The notes below the pieces were generated by a model. That model was not told the origin of the DNA and made no database searches. It saw nothing but the letters and a program-made list of their open reading frames with translations. Of a stretch of 64,000 bases of DNA, positions 44,554 to 54,879 are shown one piece after another (the stretch's first letter is position 1; each line of letters begins with the position of its first letter). Source of the DNA: an uncultured Methanosarcinaceae archaeon (GTDB taxonomy: Archaea; Halobacteriota; Methanosarcinia; Methanosarcinales; Methanosarcinaceae); NCBI GenBank assembly GCA_963727895.1, contig CAVSHT010000008.1:1-64000 (forward strand), read 5' to 3'. The position numbers and the translations under genes were made by a program.

Positions 44554-45801
44554 TCAAAAGAGCGCCCTTAAGAATGTTCCAAAAGTTTTCATAAGTCTGA
44601 AGGAACTTCCTGAAAACATGAGCTTTCTCATAAGGATAGAAGGATGATCCATATCTCCGTACTCGGTAATAGTGTTTAAAATTGAAGGGGTATTCAGAGA
44701 ACCTATAAGATCATTTAACTGCTTATCTTCCAGCTTCCCCACATAATCATGAATCTTCATGCCGATGTCAAGCTCTTTTCCAATGCCTTTCCGCCAGAGT
44801 TGATCATATTCAGAAAGCTTTTTTGCGGAGTTATCTCCTTCAAGGGCTGCCTTTGCTGCAACCTTTCCAGCGATTTTTGCCGAAAAAGCTCCAGTATAAA
44901 TTCCTCCTCCTGAGGTCGGTTTTGCCTGTCCTGCTGCATCGCCAACCAGCAGAACTCCATTAGATACAGTTCTTTCCTGAGGACCTATTGGAATTCCCCC
45001 AACTACGAAATCAAGCATACCTCCTGAATATCTTGCTTTTACATGAGGATTGGAGTGAAGGAACTTCTCAAGGTAAGAAAGAGGAGAACAATCTTCTTGA
45101 CCACTTTTCCAGGCAAGTTCAGGTTTAATGGCAAGTGCGATTCTTGAGACTTTTTCATTAACTGGTACGGTCCAGGCAAAAAAACCGGGAGCAGTAGTAC
45201 CGGGAAAAAGTTCAACAAAATCACTGTCATCCGAGGCATATGGAGCTTCAATCTGCATACCCGGAAGTACACGGGCGGGTTTTTCAAGTCCTGCATAACT
45301 GGCTATCCGGCTTTTTACGCCATCGGCTCCTATCACAACAGGAGTGCATATTGTTTCAGGTTTGCCATTTTTGAGTATCCTGAGCTTTACCTGCGAACTT
45401 TCTTTTCCTTCCTTACCGGTTTCTGTGCTATTTTCTAATCCTACAGCCCTGGTTTTGAGAGAAAGATCTACACCTTCTTCAACAGCCATTACTGCAAGAG
45501 TTTGGTCGAAGTTTTTCCTTGAGACAACATATGCTTTGGTCTTTTTTCCATCTATTGGCAGGCACTGCCCATCAGGAGCATATACAAAAGCCCCGCGTAC
45601 AGAGTTGAACACAAACTCGTCCGAAGGCTTGAGATCGCATTCTGCAACTGCTCTGGTGCTCAAAAGTCCAGTACAGCCTACAGGTGACCCTATAGAAGCA
45701 TGTTCCTCAAGCAAGAGAACTTTTGCTCCATTCTGGGCTGCATAGCGAGCTGCAGTAGACCCCACAGGTCCGGCTCCAACCACAACGACATCATACTTCA
45801 T
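44554..45801 (-). CDS. Geranylgeranyl reductase-family FAD oxidoreductase
   Basis: VVVVGAGPVG, GADG, VGDAAGQ..P.SGGGI. Confidence 0.92.
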   Translation of the reverse strand: MKYDVVVVGAGPVGSTAARYAAQNGAKVLLLEEHASIGSPVGCTGLLSTRAVAECDLKPSDEFVFNSVRGAFVYAPDGQCLPIDGKKTKAYVVSRKNFDQTLAVMAVEEGVDLSLKTRAVGLENSTETGKEGKESSQVKLRILKNGKPETICTPVVIGADGVKSRIASYAGLEKPARVLPGMQIEAPYASDDSDFVELFPGTTAPGFFAWTVPVNEKVSRIALAIKPELAWKSGQEDCSPLSYLEKFLHSNPHVKARYSGGMLDFVVGGIPIGPQERTVSNGVLLVGDAAGQAKPTSGGGIYTGAFSAKIAGKVAAKAALEGDNSAKKLSEYDQLWRKGIGKELDIGMKIHDYVGKLEDKQLNDLIGSLNTPSILNTITEYGDMDHPSILMRKLMFSGSSFRLMKTFGTFLRALF

Positions 45802-46231
45802 GCCTATTACCTTGAAAATAAGTCTTTTCCATAGCAGGAAACTTAATATATTCTTTTAATAAATACAGTTAATATAACAAAGTTTATATCTCAACAAAGT
45901 GATAAAATGTTGATGTGACCTTCATAACAGAGTAACCTGTTATATATTACAGAGTTATATATTAAAGGGGTCTTTTTATTGATAATAATAATTATTTGAT
46001 GGTCCAGTTGTGTTTCATTGATTCAATTTTTTAGTTATCAGAAGCTTTCCGAGTATCAGAAGCTTTCCGAACTTCATAAGTATCATAAGCTTTCTGGGCT
46101 TATACACAATCAGAAGCTTTCAATACTTCATAATCTTGATATACTGATACATAAATTCAGCGTGAGATTAAAACATAAAACTGAAAGATCAGGTATTTAA
46201 CGATTTCTTAGAATCATTACCAGGATTTTCC

Positions 46232-48607
46232 ATGCACCAGAAAAAAGAAAAATTCCAAGTATCGAACTCTCAGAAAACAGAGAAAAGTAACCGTAGTAGA
46301 GAAAAAGTCCGACCTTTGGATAAAAAAAGTTCTAAAATTAAGGATGATAAAACTTTCCAGGCTTCAAGTAACAAAGCTTCTAGGAGCTCAAATCTAAAAG
46401 ATTTTCATACCCAAAAAAACAAGGTTGGAAGCAAATCCAAAGATTTTAAAGGAAAGCTTCCTGAGAATAAACAGGCTTTCAGCAAGAGCCTTGGCTTTAA
46501 AAAAGATTCAGATCTGGTATCCTCAAAGAAAAAAAATATTGGACGTTTCGAATATGAAGATGACCATATATTCTGGTGCGAAAAATGCAACCTGCCACTA
46601 ATAGGAACAAAATGCGGAAAATGCGGCAGCAAAGGAGAAATAATTCAACTATCTCAGCCTGCAGATGTCCGTTTTTGTTCTCCTTACGAGAGAGAAGTCC
46701 TTAATAAGCAGCTTTATTCATCTTTTGGATGTAATCCTCTGGGTAAAAAGCTCACTCTTCTAAATAAAATTCCTGGTGAGGATAAAACAGATGAAGTAAT
46801 TGTAGACGGATTTATTTTTGGAATTCTCCGATTTGAGCTTTCAAAAATGGATTACACTTTTGAACCTTCCCTGCAAGGAGCAAAAATTCTCCTAAAATCT
46901 GCCGAAGACAGGAAAATCGAACTCAAGAAAATAAATAGGCATCTTAATGGAAAAAGCATTTCAGCAGGATCTATTGAGGCGTTTGATAGCAGTATAAAAG
47001 CAGGAGATTTTGTCCTTGTGACTGCAGGCAGCCTTACAGGTTATGGAATTTCTTTAATTGATGCAAGCTTTTTTGAAAAAGACCTGAGAGAAAATCCATC
47101 CAAGTGGAATGATCAAGCTACTGGAGAGGTTAGTGAGAAAGTTGCCGAAAACGACTCTGAACCAGAATTTTCGCCAAAAACAGAATACTTACTAAAAATG
47201 GAATCCTCGCAAAAATCCGAGATAAAGGCTCTCCGAATTAGAAAAATTGATAGTAGTGAAGCTTCGCTTCGTCCTGAAACCCCAGATCTTGCAGCATGCA
47301 TAGAGGCAAACAAAAAACACCTCCAATTGCTTGGAAAAAATGCAATCAATACTATTCGCGGAATTATTTCCAAGAAAGAATATCAAAATCTGCCTGTCTA
47401 TGTTTCCTTCAGCGGTGGAAAAGACAGTCTTGTAGTACTTGATTTGGCACAGTCTTCTCTTCAGAAAAGGGAACTTAAAGCTTTCTTCCTGAACACAGGG
47501 ATTGAGTTTCCAGAAACCATCGAGTTTGTACGAAACTTTTGCCAGGAAAGGGAAATATATCTCAATGAAGCAAGTGCAGGTTCAGCTTTCAGGGAGCAGG
47601 TAGGAAAATTCGGCCCTCCTGCAAAGGACTTTCGCTGGTGCTGCAAAGTTTGCAAGCTGGCATCGGCAGAAGACTTTGATACAGGAAACAAAGCCTCATC
47701 TAGTAAAGGAAACATTGAAGTGGCTTATCTGACAATTGACGGTAAGAGAAAACACGAATCTTTCTCCAGGGCAAGGATTGCAGCAAGCGAAACAAATCCT
47801 TTCGTTCCTGCCCAGCTCAATATTTTTCCTATAAAAGATTGGAAGGCAATTGAGGTGTGGCTTTATATTTACTGGAGAAAACTTTCCTATAACCCTCTCT
47901 ATGACCTTGGTTTTGAAAGGGTGGGCTGCTGGCTTTGTCCATCTGCTCTTGCTGCCGAGTATTCCAGGGTAAAAGACCTGCACCCTGAAATGTATGCTAA
48001 ATGGAATTCTTTCCTTCTAAAATGGGCAAAGTCCAGAGGGCTTTCTGAAAAATTTGTAGAGCATGGCTTCTGGCGCTGGAAAGAATTGCCTCCTAAGATG
48101 CTAAAGTTAGCCGAAGAATTAGAAATTTCTATTGTTGCCAGAAAAAACATTGAATATTTTGAAATTGAAGTCGTATCAGGAATTTCTCCCTGCCGAGCAG
48201 GCGGCTTTTCAGTAGAAGCAGGAATTAAAGGCATCAAAGAAAAAGAAGCTGCTGGTTTTTTCAATGTACTCGGGAATATGGTATACGCAGAAAACCTGGG
48301 GATGCTGCTGGTTAAAACTGAAACTGGAACCGTAAAGTTTTTTTCAAACGGGAACCTGCTTGCAAGTTCAGAAACAAAAGAAAAAGCAATCTCACTTTTT
48401 AAGGAAGCTGCAAAACAACTTACAAGGCTTTCTCAATGTACTGGCTGCGGGATTTGTGTAAAAGCCTGTCCTGTTGGAGCAGCTTCTCTTGAAGGAAAAA
48501 CGCCGCTTGTAAGCGAAGCCTGTATTAGGTGCGGAAAATGCACGGAGTCCTGTGTTGTGACCAGATATTTTGATAAGCTTGTACCTGACTTGGATCAAAG
48601 GTTATAA
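46232..48607 (+). CDS. PAPS-reductase-family protein with PUA-like and 4Fe-4S ferredoxin domains
   Basis: WCEKCNLPL, SFSGGKDS, RWCCKVCK, RVGCWLCP, CTGCGIC...CIRCGKC. Confidence 0.92.
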   Translation: MHQKKEKFQVSNSQKTEKSNRSREKVRPLDKKSSKIKDDKTFQASSNKASRSSNLKDFHTQKNKVGSKSKDFKGKLPENKQAFSKSLGFKKDSDLVSSKKKNIGRFEYEDDHIFWCEKCNLPLIGTKCGKCGSKGEIIQLSQPADVRFCSPYEREVLNKQLYSSFGCNPLGKKLTLLNKIPGEDKTDEVIVDGFIFGILRFELSKMDYTFEPSLQGAKILLKSAEDRKIELKKINRHLNGKSISAGSIEAFDSSIKAGDFVLVTAGSLTGYGISLIDASFFEKDLRENPSKWNDQATGEVSEKVAENDSEPEFSPKTEYLLKMESSQKSEIKALRIRKIDSSEASLRPETPDLAACIEANKKHLQLLGKNAINTIRGIISKKEYQNLPVYVSFSGGKDSLVVLDLAQSSLQKRELKAFFLNTGIEFPETIEFVRNFCQEREIYLNEASAGSAFREQVGKFGPPAKDFRWCCKVCKLASAEDFDTGNKASSSKGNIEVAYLTIDGKRKHESFSRARIAASETNPFVPAQLNIFPIKDWKAIEVWLYIYWRKLSYNPLYDLGFERVGCWLCPSALAAEYSRVKDLHPEMYAKWNSFLLKWAKSRGLSEKFVEHGFWRWKELPPKMLKLAEELEISIVARKNIEYFEIEVVSGISPCRAGGFSVEAGIKGIKEKEAAGFFNVLGNMVYAENLGMLLVKTETGTVKFFSNGNLLASSETKEKAISLFKEAAKQLTRLSQCTGCGICVKACPVGAASLEGKTPLVSEACIRCGKCTESCVVTRYFDKLVPDLDQRL

Positions 48608-48666
48608 GGTGTAAATAATCAAAATACCGGATTAGTATACCGGATTAGTAAAGACAAATTTACATA

Positions 48667-48864
48667 TTAAAAATTTAAATACTTTGGTGCTAATGATATA
48701 TTCATGCCTTCGTTATCATCTAAAATTTTGCATGACACCACACAGACTGCATAAACAGTTTCTTCACTCAATCGAGCAAGCTCTATCCTTTTTCCGGCAA
48801 CCATCCTGGAGCAATCTAAGCCATCGGTTGCAATCATTATTTTTTTGAAATTAACAATTTCCAT
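48667..48864 (-). pseudogene. Universal stress protein (UspA) 5' fragment
   Basis: FKKIMIATDG...IELARLS...VYAV.VV; similarity is lost after that. Confidence 0.75.
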
Positions 48865-49374
48865 GAAACCCAATTGTATTATTCTTTGGGAATGAATATA
48901 ATATCGTCGTGTTTCGTAAAGTGAAAAAGTCATGAAGATTCTGATCTTCGACAATATGAAAGGAACAGGAATCGGTTATTACTTAGAAATTTGCGTGTCG
49001 TGTCCTTGAGTAGTGATCAATTCTGTAAAGGCTGGATGTAAAACAGCAACATCAGTCTCTGCATAATTACCATCATCATGGGTCGGTTGAATAACTACTT
49101 TTTAGCAAAAGTTCTTATGTTTTCGGGGCGCACATCTTACAAATAGTTATTACGTACCACTCAGTTTATATATTCATAGAGTTCTGGAGAGATTACTTCC
49201 CAGGAGCACTCTATGTTCAAATATTGGCTTCTAAGTATTAGATTCGATTCATCTTAGCAGACTTCAATTCAATTAGAATCTTTTCTAAATAAGTCCAACT
49301 GTCTTTAAAATTAGGCTTGCAAAAAATCCATCTTTAAATTCATTTACATACAGATCATCAGGAAGGAATCAAAA

Positions 49375-50808
49375 ATGACTCTGAAACCCAGAACCGCAGA
49401 ATCTTCTCAGATTCGTTTGATTGACCTTATGTCAAAGCCTTTCTTTATAGTAGCTTCCATCGAAGTCGGAAACACCACAACTAAATCTATCCTCACGGAT
49501 ACAAATATGGATACTGGCATGACTTATATTATTAATAAGGTAGTTAGGATGACCAGAGATGTATGTCCTCCGAAACTCGGAGAAACAGCATTTGGAAAGA
49601 CGCTTACAGGTGTGGAACTTACTCGTGAGGCAATTGCGGAACTGGTACGTGATACTCTTATCGAGTCGATGGAAAAAGCTAACCTGGATATAAAAACCGA
49701 TCTGAACTTCGTTGTTCGCTCCACGGGCGTAGTTGCAGGTTTTGAATGTCCAGAAGAGGTGGGCGAATTTATCAAAGCTCTTGCAGATGGTTGTCTAATA
49801 GCAGGAGTTCCACCAAAGAATATGACACCTCCGATGTCAATTTCAAATATTTCTAAAAAGTTCCGGAAATATAGCAAACTGGAAAAGGTGATCTTTGATG
49901 GAGCTGTAGCTGGAGTAACGCCGCCTATTGGTTCAACCGGTATTGAAATAGTTGCAAATGAAATGGAAGGAGAACTTGCAACAGCAGGAATTAAGGAAGC
50001 AGCCAAACTTACAGATGTTGATTTCAGAAACCCCTGTTTTTCAATTGACTTTGGTACAACTCTTGATGGTAGGATCACAAACTCTGACCAACCATACGCA
50101 AAAACAGTAGGAAACTTCTGTGGTTATGCGGGTGCAATTCCTGATGCAATTGTCCGTGGTTCGAAACTAGTGGATCCAAAAGTAGGGACTGCTCTAGAAG
50201 TTTTTGAGAAACAGAGAACGCCTTCTTTCTTTACCTTGGAAATTCAGGCTAAAACAATTGAAGAGTATGCAAAGAGCATCCATGAACTTATTATCATAGA
50301 AAAGGTTCCAAAAGGTAGAAAAATATATGGAAGCGTGCCTGTAAATCCGGATGTGGCTGAGGAAGTAGGTGTAACACTTATAGGTTGCGATGTAGGTGAA
50401 AATGGCAGTGATATGAATAAGCTCAGTGGTATCGGTATGGAGATCTATAAAACCCACGGACTTCAGATGGTCCACGCTGTCGTTGACGAGGTTATGGCAG
50501 GAGTGGTCTGCAGGCTAATTAAGATCGCAAAAGAAGAGGGGCTTGTTTTTGAAGATACAACTTTTGGAATAACTGGCAGAGCAGGCATTACAGGAAACAA
50601 ACCCAAACTGGTCCTGAAGTACCTGGAAGAAATTAACCTTGCTTCGAAAATAGATGAGAGAGTAGTCTTTGTAGATGACGGGCTTGCAAGGGGAGCAGCT
50701 GTTATGGCTCGTTGTATGAACTCTCTGGGCTCACCGCAAAATCCTCTCGGTGGCAAACACGGTGGGAAATGCATCCTTCCACAGAGGATAAAACTTCAAG
50801 CAAAATGA
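49375..50808 (+). CDS. mmp14: Methanogenesis marker protein 14
   Basis: VASIEVGNTTTK, FVVRSTGV, NEMEGEL..AGIK, DFGTTLDGR, DDGLARGAAVMARCMN. Confidence 0.9.
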   Translation: MTLKPRTAESSQIRLIDLMSKPFFIVASIEVGNTTTKSILTDTNMDTGMTYIINKVVRMTRDVCPPKLGETAFGKTLTGVELTREAIAELVRDTLIESMEKANLDIKTDLNFVVRSTGVVAGFECPEEVGEFIKALADGCLIAGVPPKNMTPPMSISNISKKFRKYSKLEKVIFDGAVAGVTPPIGSTGIEIVANEMEGELATAGIKEAAKLTDVDFRNPCFSIDFGTTLDGRITNSDQPYAKTVGNFCGYAGAIPDAIVRGSKLVDPKVGTALEVFEKQRTPSFFTLEIQAKTIEEYAKSIHELIIIEKVPKGRKIYGSVPVNPDVAEEVGVTLIGCDVGENGSDMNKLSGIGMEIYKTHGLQMVHAVVDEVMAGVVCRLIKIAKEEGLVFEDTTFGITGRAGITGNKPKLVLKYLEEINLASKIDERVVFVDDGLARGAAVMARCMNSLGSPQNPLGGKHGGKCILPQRIKLQAK

Positions 50809-51202
50809 TGCTGAAAAACCAGAAACGACAAAAATCAAAGTTGTCTAGCTCACTCCGCTGCAATCATCGGTTATGTTTGTAACAATGTTTCAGATAGGCT
50901 CTAAACTTTTTACATTATTTGAGGTTTTTATTTCAGTTGATATCCCGCAGATTGCTCCAGAGACGGGAACTTCCCTAAAAACATAGGGAACTGAATAATA
51001 TCCACTGTGTGAATATACTATTTCTTGCAGGGGGACGCCAGAGTAATTTTCATTTTCTACTAATCTTCCTTCGTCAGAATCTGTATTATAATGCTTTTAC
51101 CGGTAGCACAATTTCTTATTTAATTGCGTTTTCGGAACATTATAACTTACCAAAAACTTTACATTCTAATATAACAATAATTTTAGTGAGTTATCTTGAA
51201 AT

Positions 51203-51290
51203 GAGCTAATCCCAAAAAATAGTTTTTATCATCGAGTTTTCAGGTTTTTTTCAAAATCGGTGTCATAGTCTCGATTCAAAATACGAAATA
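51203..51290. mobile_element. Half-MITE of the 130-bp family, cut by IS1
   Basis: GAGCTAATCCCAAAAAATAGTTTTTAT matches the start of 42605; no right end. Confidence 0.6.
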
Positions 51291-51301
51291 AAATAAATAA
51301 A

Positions 51302-52043
51302 GGCATTGATACTTAAACATAGTTATATACTATTAGAAAGTATATTTCTTCATTAACTGCCCCAGATGCAATAGTTCTAATTACAAAAATAATGGTATAG
51401 TTGGCGGGCGTCAACGGTACAAATGCTCTGATTGTGGATATAACTATACAGTAGAGCTAAAATCAACTGCTTTTTCCGCCTCTGTTAAAAAACAGGCTTT
51501 ACAACTTTACCTTGAAGGATTGGGCTTTCGTTCAATAGGAAGAGTTTTAGGGGTGAGTCATGTTTCTGTCCAAAAATGGATAAAGAAATTTGGTCAAGAG
51601 TGAGAGAACCTAAAAAGTGAAAGTGAGATATCTATTGTTGAAATGGATGAGATGCACACTTACATCGGTAACAAAAAAAAATATTGCTGTATCTGGATTG
51701 CTGTTGATAGAGTTGGGAAAAAGTTCATCAACTGCTCTTTTGGTAGCAGAGGAACAGAAACTGGAAAACTACTCTGGGAAAAATTGAAGAAAAAAGAGAT
51801 TGGAGAAGTGATGACAGATCACTGGAGGGCATATGCAGAGTTTCTTCCAGAAAAGAGTTCATACTCAATCAAAAGCAGAAACATTTACAGTTGAGGGATA
51901 TAACAGCATATTGAGGCACTTTCTAGCAAGATTGAGAAGAAAGACAAAGTGTTATACAAAAAGTCTTGAAATACTAAAGTACTCGGTTATTCTATTGATG
52001 AAATACAGAAATAAAGAACTAGATATATTTGAGTAACAATGCC
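51302..52043 (+). mobile_element. IS1-family element, A9/TGA variant, degraded
   Basis: IS1 ends; ATT start, TGA at 51601, A9 run, insB frameshift; no TSD. Confidence 0.93.
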
Positions 52044-53019
52044 AAAAATTGGTACTAAATAATTTTGATTACGAATCAATTTATTATTCTGTGTTAGAAG
52101 GCATTGAAGATACTAAAGGCTTATTCTCACCTATAGAATTTACAGATGAAGAAAAAAATGCTATAAAAGTTGCTACTAAAGCCGCATATGATCGTATAGA
52201 TAAAGTGCTTATTGAGCACCAGATTAGCAACTATACAAAGTGGATTAATACAGTTAATAGATTACTTCGTGAGTTTGGCAGAACAAATAATACTGGGTTC
52301 ATATTTACATTGAATCAAGATTTATTTATTGAGAGATTTTATCAAAATCCAGTTAAAGGTCATCCTTGTAGATATCCAGAAGCAAGACTTTCTATTCCTG
52401 GAATCTATAAGTCTCCAGTATGGTTTATGGGCGAAGACGATAATCCAGTCAATGGAACCTTTACAGAGCAGGAAGCTAGGTAATATTATACATTAAAAAC
52501 AACGAATATTACACTTTGCCTAAAAAAAATAAATTTAGCTCAAAAAGTAGCAGTTTATTAAAAGAAGGAAGTTATTTTCTTATAAAACTCCACGGATCAT
52601 ATAATTGGAAAAGTTATGATGGATCAGATATGATGGTCATTGGGAGAGGTAAAAGAAAACAAATTCACAAAGAACCTCTCCTAACTTATTACTATGATCT
52701 TTTTAAAGAAGTTCTCTTTCAAGATCAGCGTAGATTACTTGTCATAGGTTATGGCTTTGGCGATGAACATATTAACAGTGTACTGTCTGAAGCTGTAAGG
52801 GAACATAAATTAAAAATATATATTCTTTCTCCGGAGTCACCAAAAAGTTTTAAAGAGAAACTCTGTGATGGATCCCAAAAGTCTGAAGATACTATAAATA
52901 TATGGGAAGGAGTTTCAGGTTATTTCCAATGTATAGAAGATGTTTTATTAAAGGATGTTTATGGGAATCAATTTGAGAAAGAACAATTTTATGATCTTTT
53001 TTTTGGTAATAGTAATTAA
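52044..53019 (+). pseudogene. SIR2-like (SIR2_2) domain protein, 5'-truncated and frameshifted
   Basis: IFTLNQDLFIE in ORF 52049..52483; LIKLHGSYNW and LLVIGYGFGDEHIN in ORF 52516..53019. Confidence 0.85.
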
Positions 53020-53166
53020 GAACAATATAACTTCTCTTGAAAGCCAACCTTTTTTGTATATTACGTTCTTTTTTCAATTCAAAATGTTTTTGTCATATAA
53101 GCTTAAAAGTATTATTCGTGTGAATTAGAGAAAAGAACACATATAGCGAGGATAGGCGAATTGTGA

Positions 53167-54879
53167 ATGCTAATAGGAATTGATGTAGGAGGCACTACCA
53201 CAGATGCAGTGCTTATCCAAAATGGAGAAGTGTGCAGTACTGCCAAGGTTTCCACTGAGCATGGAAATCTGTTAAATTCCCTGCTTGAAGCCCTTGATGC
53301 TGTCAGCAAAGATGTTCCTCCTGAACAACTGGAAAGGGTAGTATTCAGTACAACCGTGATAACAAATCTTATCGCTGAAGGTAAAACAGACCGTGTAGCT
53401 CTGGTATTGATTCCAGGACCTGGGGTTAATCCGGCAAGTTATACTTTTCCTGACAGCTTTTATCTGAAAGGGGCTATGGATTACAGGGGAAGAGAGATCG
53501 ATCCTCTCGATGAAGCTGAAATAAGGAAAACTGTAAACTTAATCCGAGAATCAGGATTTTCAATAGCAGCTATTATAAGTAAGTTCGGACAGAGAAATCC
53601 GTCCCACGAACTCAGAATAGAAGAAATCTTCAAGGAAATCTATCCTGATTGTAAAGTGGAACTTGGGCATAAAGTTTCGGGAAAATTAAATTTCCCGAGA
53701 AGGGTAGCAACTACTATGCTTGCCTCTGCAACCCGAGAGCATTATCAGGAATTTGTTGAGAAAATCAGGAAAGCCCTTGAAGAGAGAAATATCCGTGCTC
53801 CTGTGTATATCATGAAAGCGGATGGAGGAACTCTTCCGGTTGAAAAATCAATAGAATTCCCTGTGGAAACTATTTTTTCGGGTCCTGCCGCCAGTACAAT
53901 TGGAGCACTTGCCCTTACCCTTGAAGGACAGACCTCAGTGGTAGTAGATATAGGGGGAACTACCACAGACCTTGCCTTAATCCTTTCAGGCAAACCTCTT
54001 CTTGCTTCAAAAGGCGCAAAACTTGGAGATTTCCTTACACATGTTAGAGCTTTTGCCGTCAGATCAATAGCTATAGGAGGAGACAGCGTTGTAAGGGTTA
54101 AGGATTCAGACAACGGGACAAAGGTAATAACAGTCGGTCCTGACAGAGCAGGTCCTGCTTACTGCATGGGAGGGAAAGAAACTACCCCGACTGATGCCTT
54201 GAAAGTTCTTGGGCTTATAGAAGTAGGAGATCCAGAGCTTGCAAGTGAGGCAATCAAAGTCACAGCTTCTGAGATTGGAATATCCGAAACTGAGACTGCA
54301 TCTCTGATTGTTGACAAAGTTTCAGGGATGATTGCTGATGCGGTTAATGAAATGTTCTTAGAATGGGAACCGGAGCCTGCATACAGGGTATGGGAGGTTC
54401 TGCAAGAGAAGAATATAAGGCCTGATAATGTGGTTGGAATTGGAGGGGGAGCAAAAGGTCTTATTGCAGAAATTGCGAAAAAACTCGGTGCAAAGCCTGT
54501 TATCCCTGAATATGCTGAAGTAGGAAATGCCATAGGAGCAGCCATTGCAAGACCTACGCTTACTCTGAACCTGCATATTGATACTGAACAAAAAATCTAC
54601 TCAGTTGCTGAGGAAGGAAAGATTGTCAATCTCAGCACAACAAACATTGGCAATTTAAATAAAATACATCTCGACGAAGCTGAAGCTCTTGCCGCAAAAC
54701 TCCTGAGAGCACGTGCAGAAAACTTTGGAATTTCCGAGTATGCAGATGAAGCTGAAATTATTAATAGCGAAGTGTTCAATGTCGTCAATGGTTGGCATAC
54801 TTCAGGGCGGCTTTTTGATGTGAATATGCAAATCCCTGCAGGCTTGATTCCTGAATGGAAAAGGAGGGAAAAAGCATGA
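53167..54879 (+). CDS. Hydantoinase/oxoprolinase-family (HyuA-like) ATPase
   Basis: IGIDVGGTTTD, STT..TN, SGPAAS, DIGGTTTD, PTDA, NAIGAA. Confidence 0.93.
   Translation: MLIGIDVGGTTTDAVLIQNGEVCSTAKVSTEHGNLLNSLLEALDAVSKDVPPEQLERVVFSTTVITNLIAEGKTDRVALVLIPGPGVNPASYTFPDSFYLKGAMDYRGREIDPLDEAEIRKTVNLIRESGFSIAAIISKFGQRNPSHELRIEEIFKEIYPDCKVELGHKVSGKLNFPRRVATTMLASATREHYQEFVEKIRKALEERNIRAPVYIMKADGGTLPVEKSIEFPVETIFSGPAASTIGALALTLEGQTSVVVDIGGTTTDLALILSGKPLLASKGAKLGDFLTHVRAFAVRSIAIGGDSVVRVKDSDNGTKVITVGPDRAGPAYCMGGKETTPTDALKVLGLIEVGDPELASEAIKVTASEIGISETETASLIVDKVSGMIADAVNEMFLEWEPEPAYRVWEVLQEKNIRPDNVVGIGGGAKGLIAEIAKKLGAKPVIPEYAEVGNAIGAAIARPTLTLNLHIDTEQKIYSVAEEGKIVNLSTTNIGNLNKIHLDEAEALAAKLLRARAENFGISEYADEAEIINSEVFNVVNGWHTSGRLFDVNMQIPAGLIPEWKRREKA

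Noticed and set aside
46036..46122. Possible mini-CRISPR
   Set aside because: Repeats (~13 bp) and gaps (5-14 bp) are too short
48880..49140. Possible gene remnants (also ~43000-43170 and ~50930-51150)
   Set aside because: Codon-like stretches with stops, but no family could be recognised
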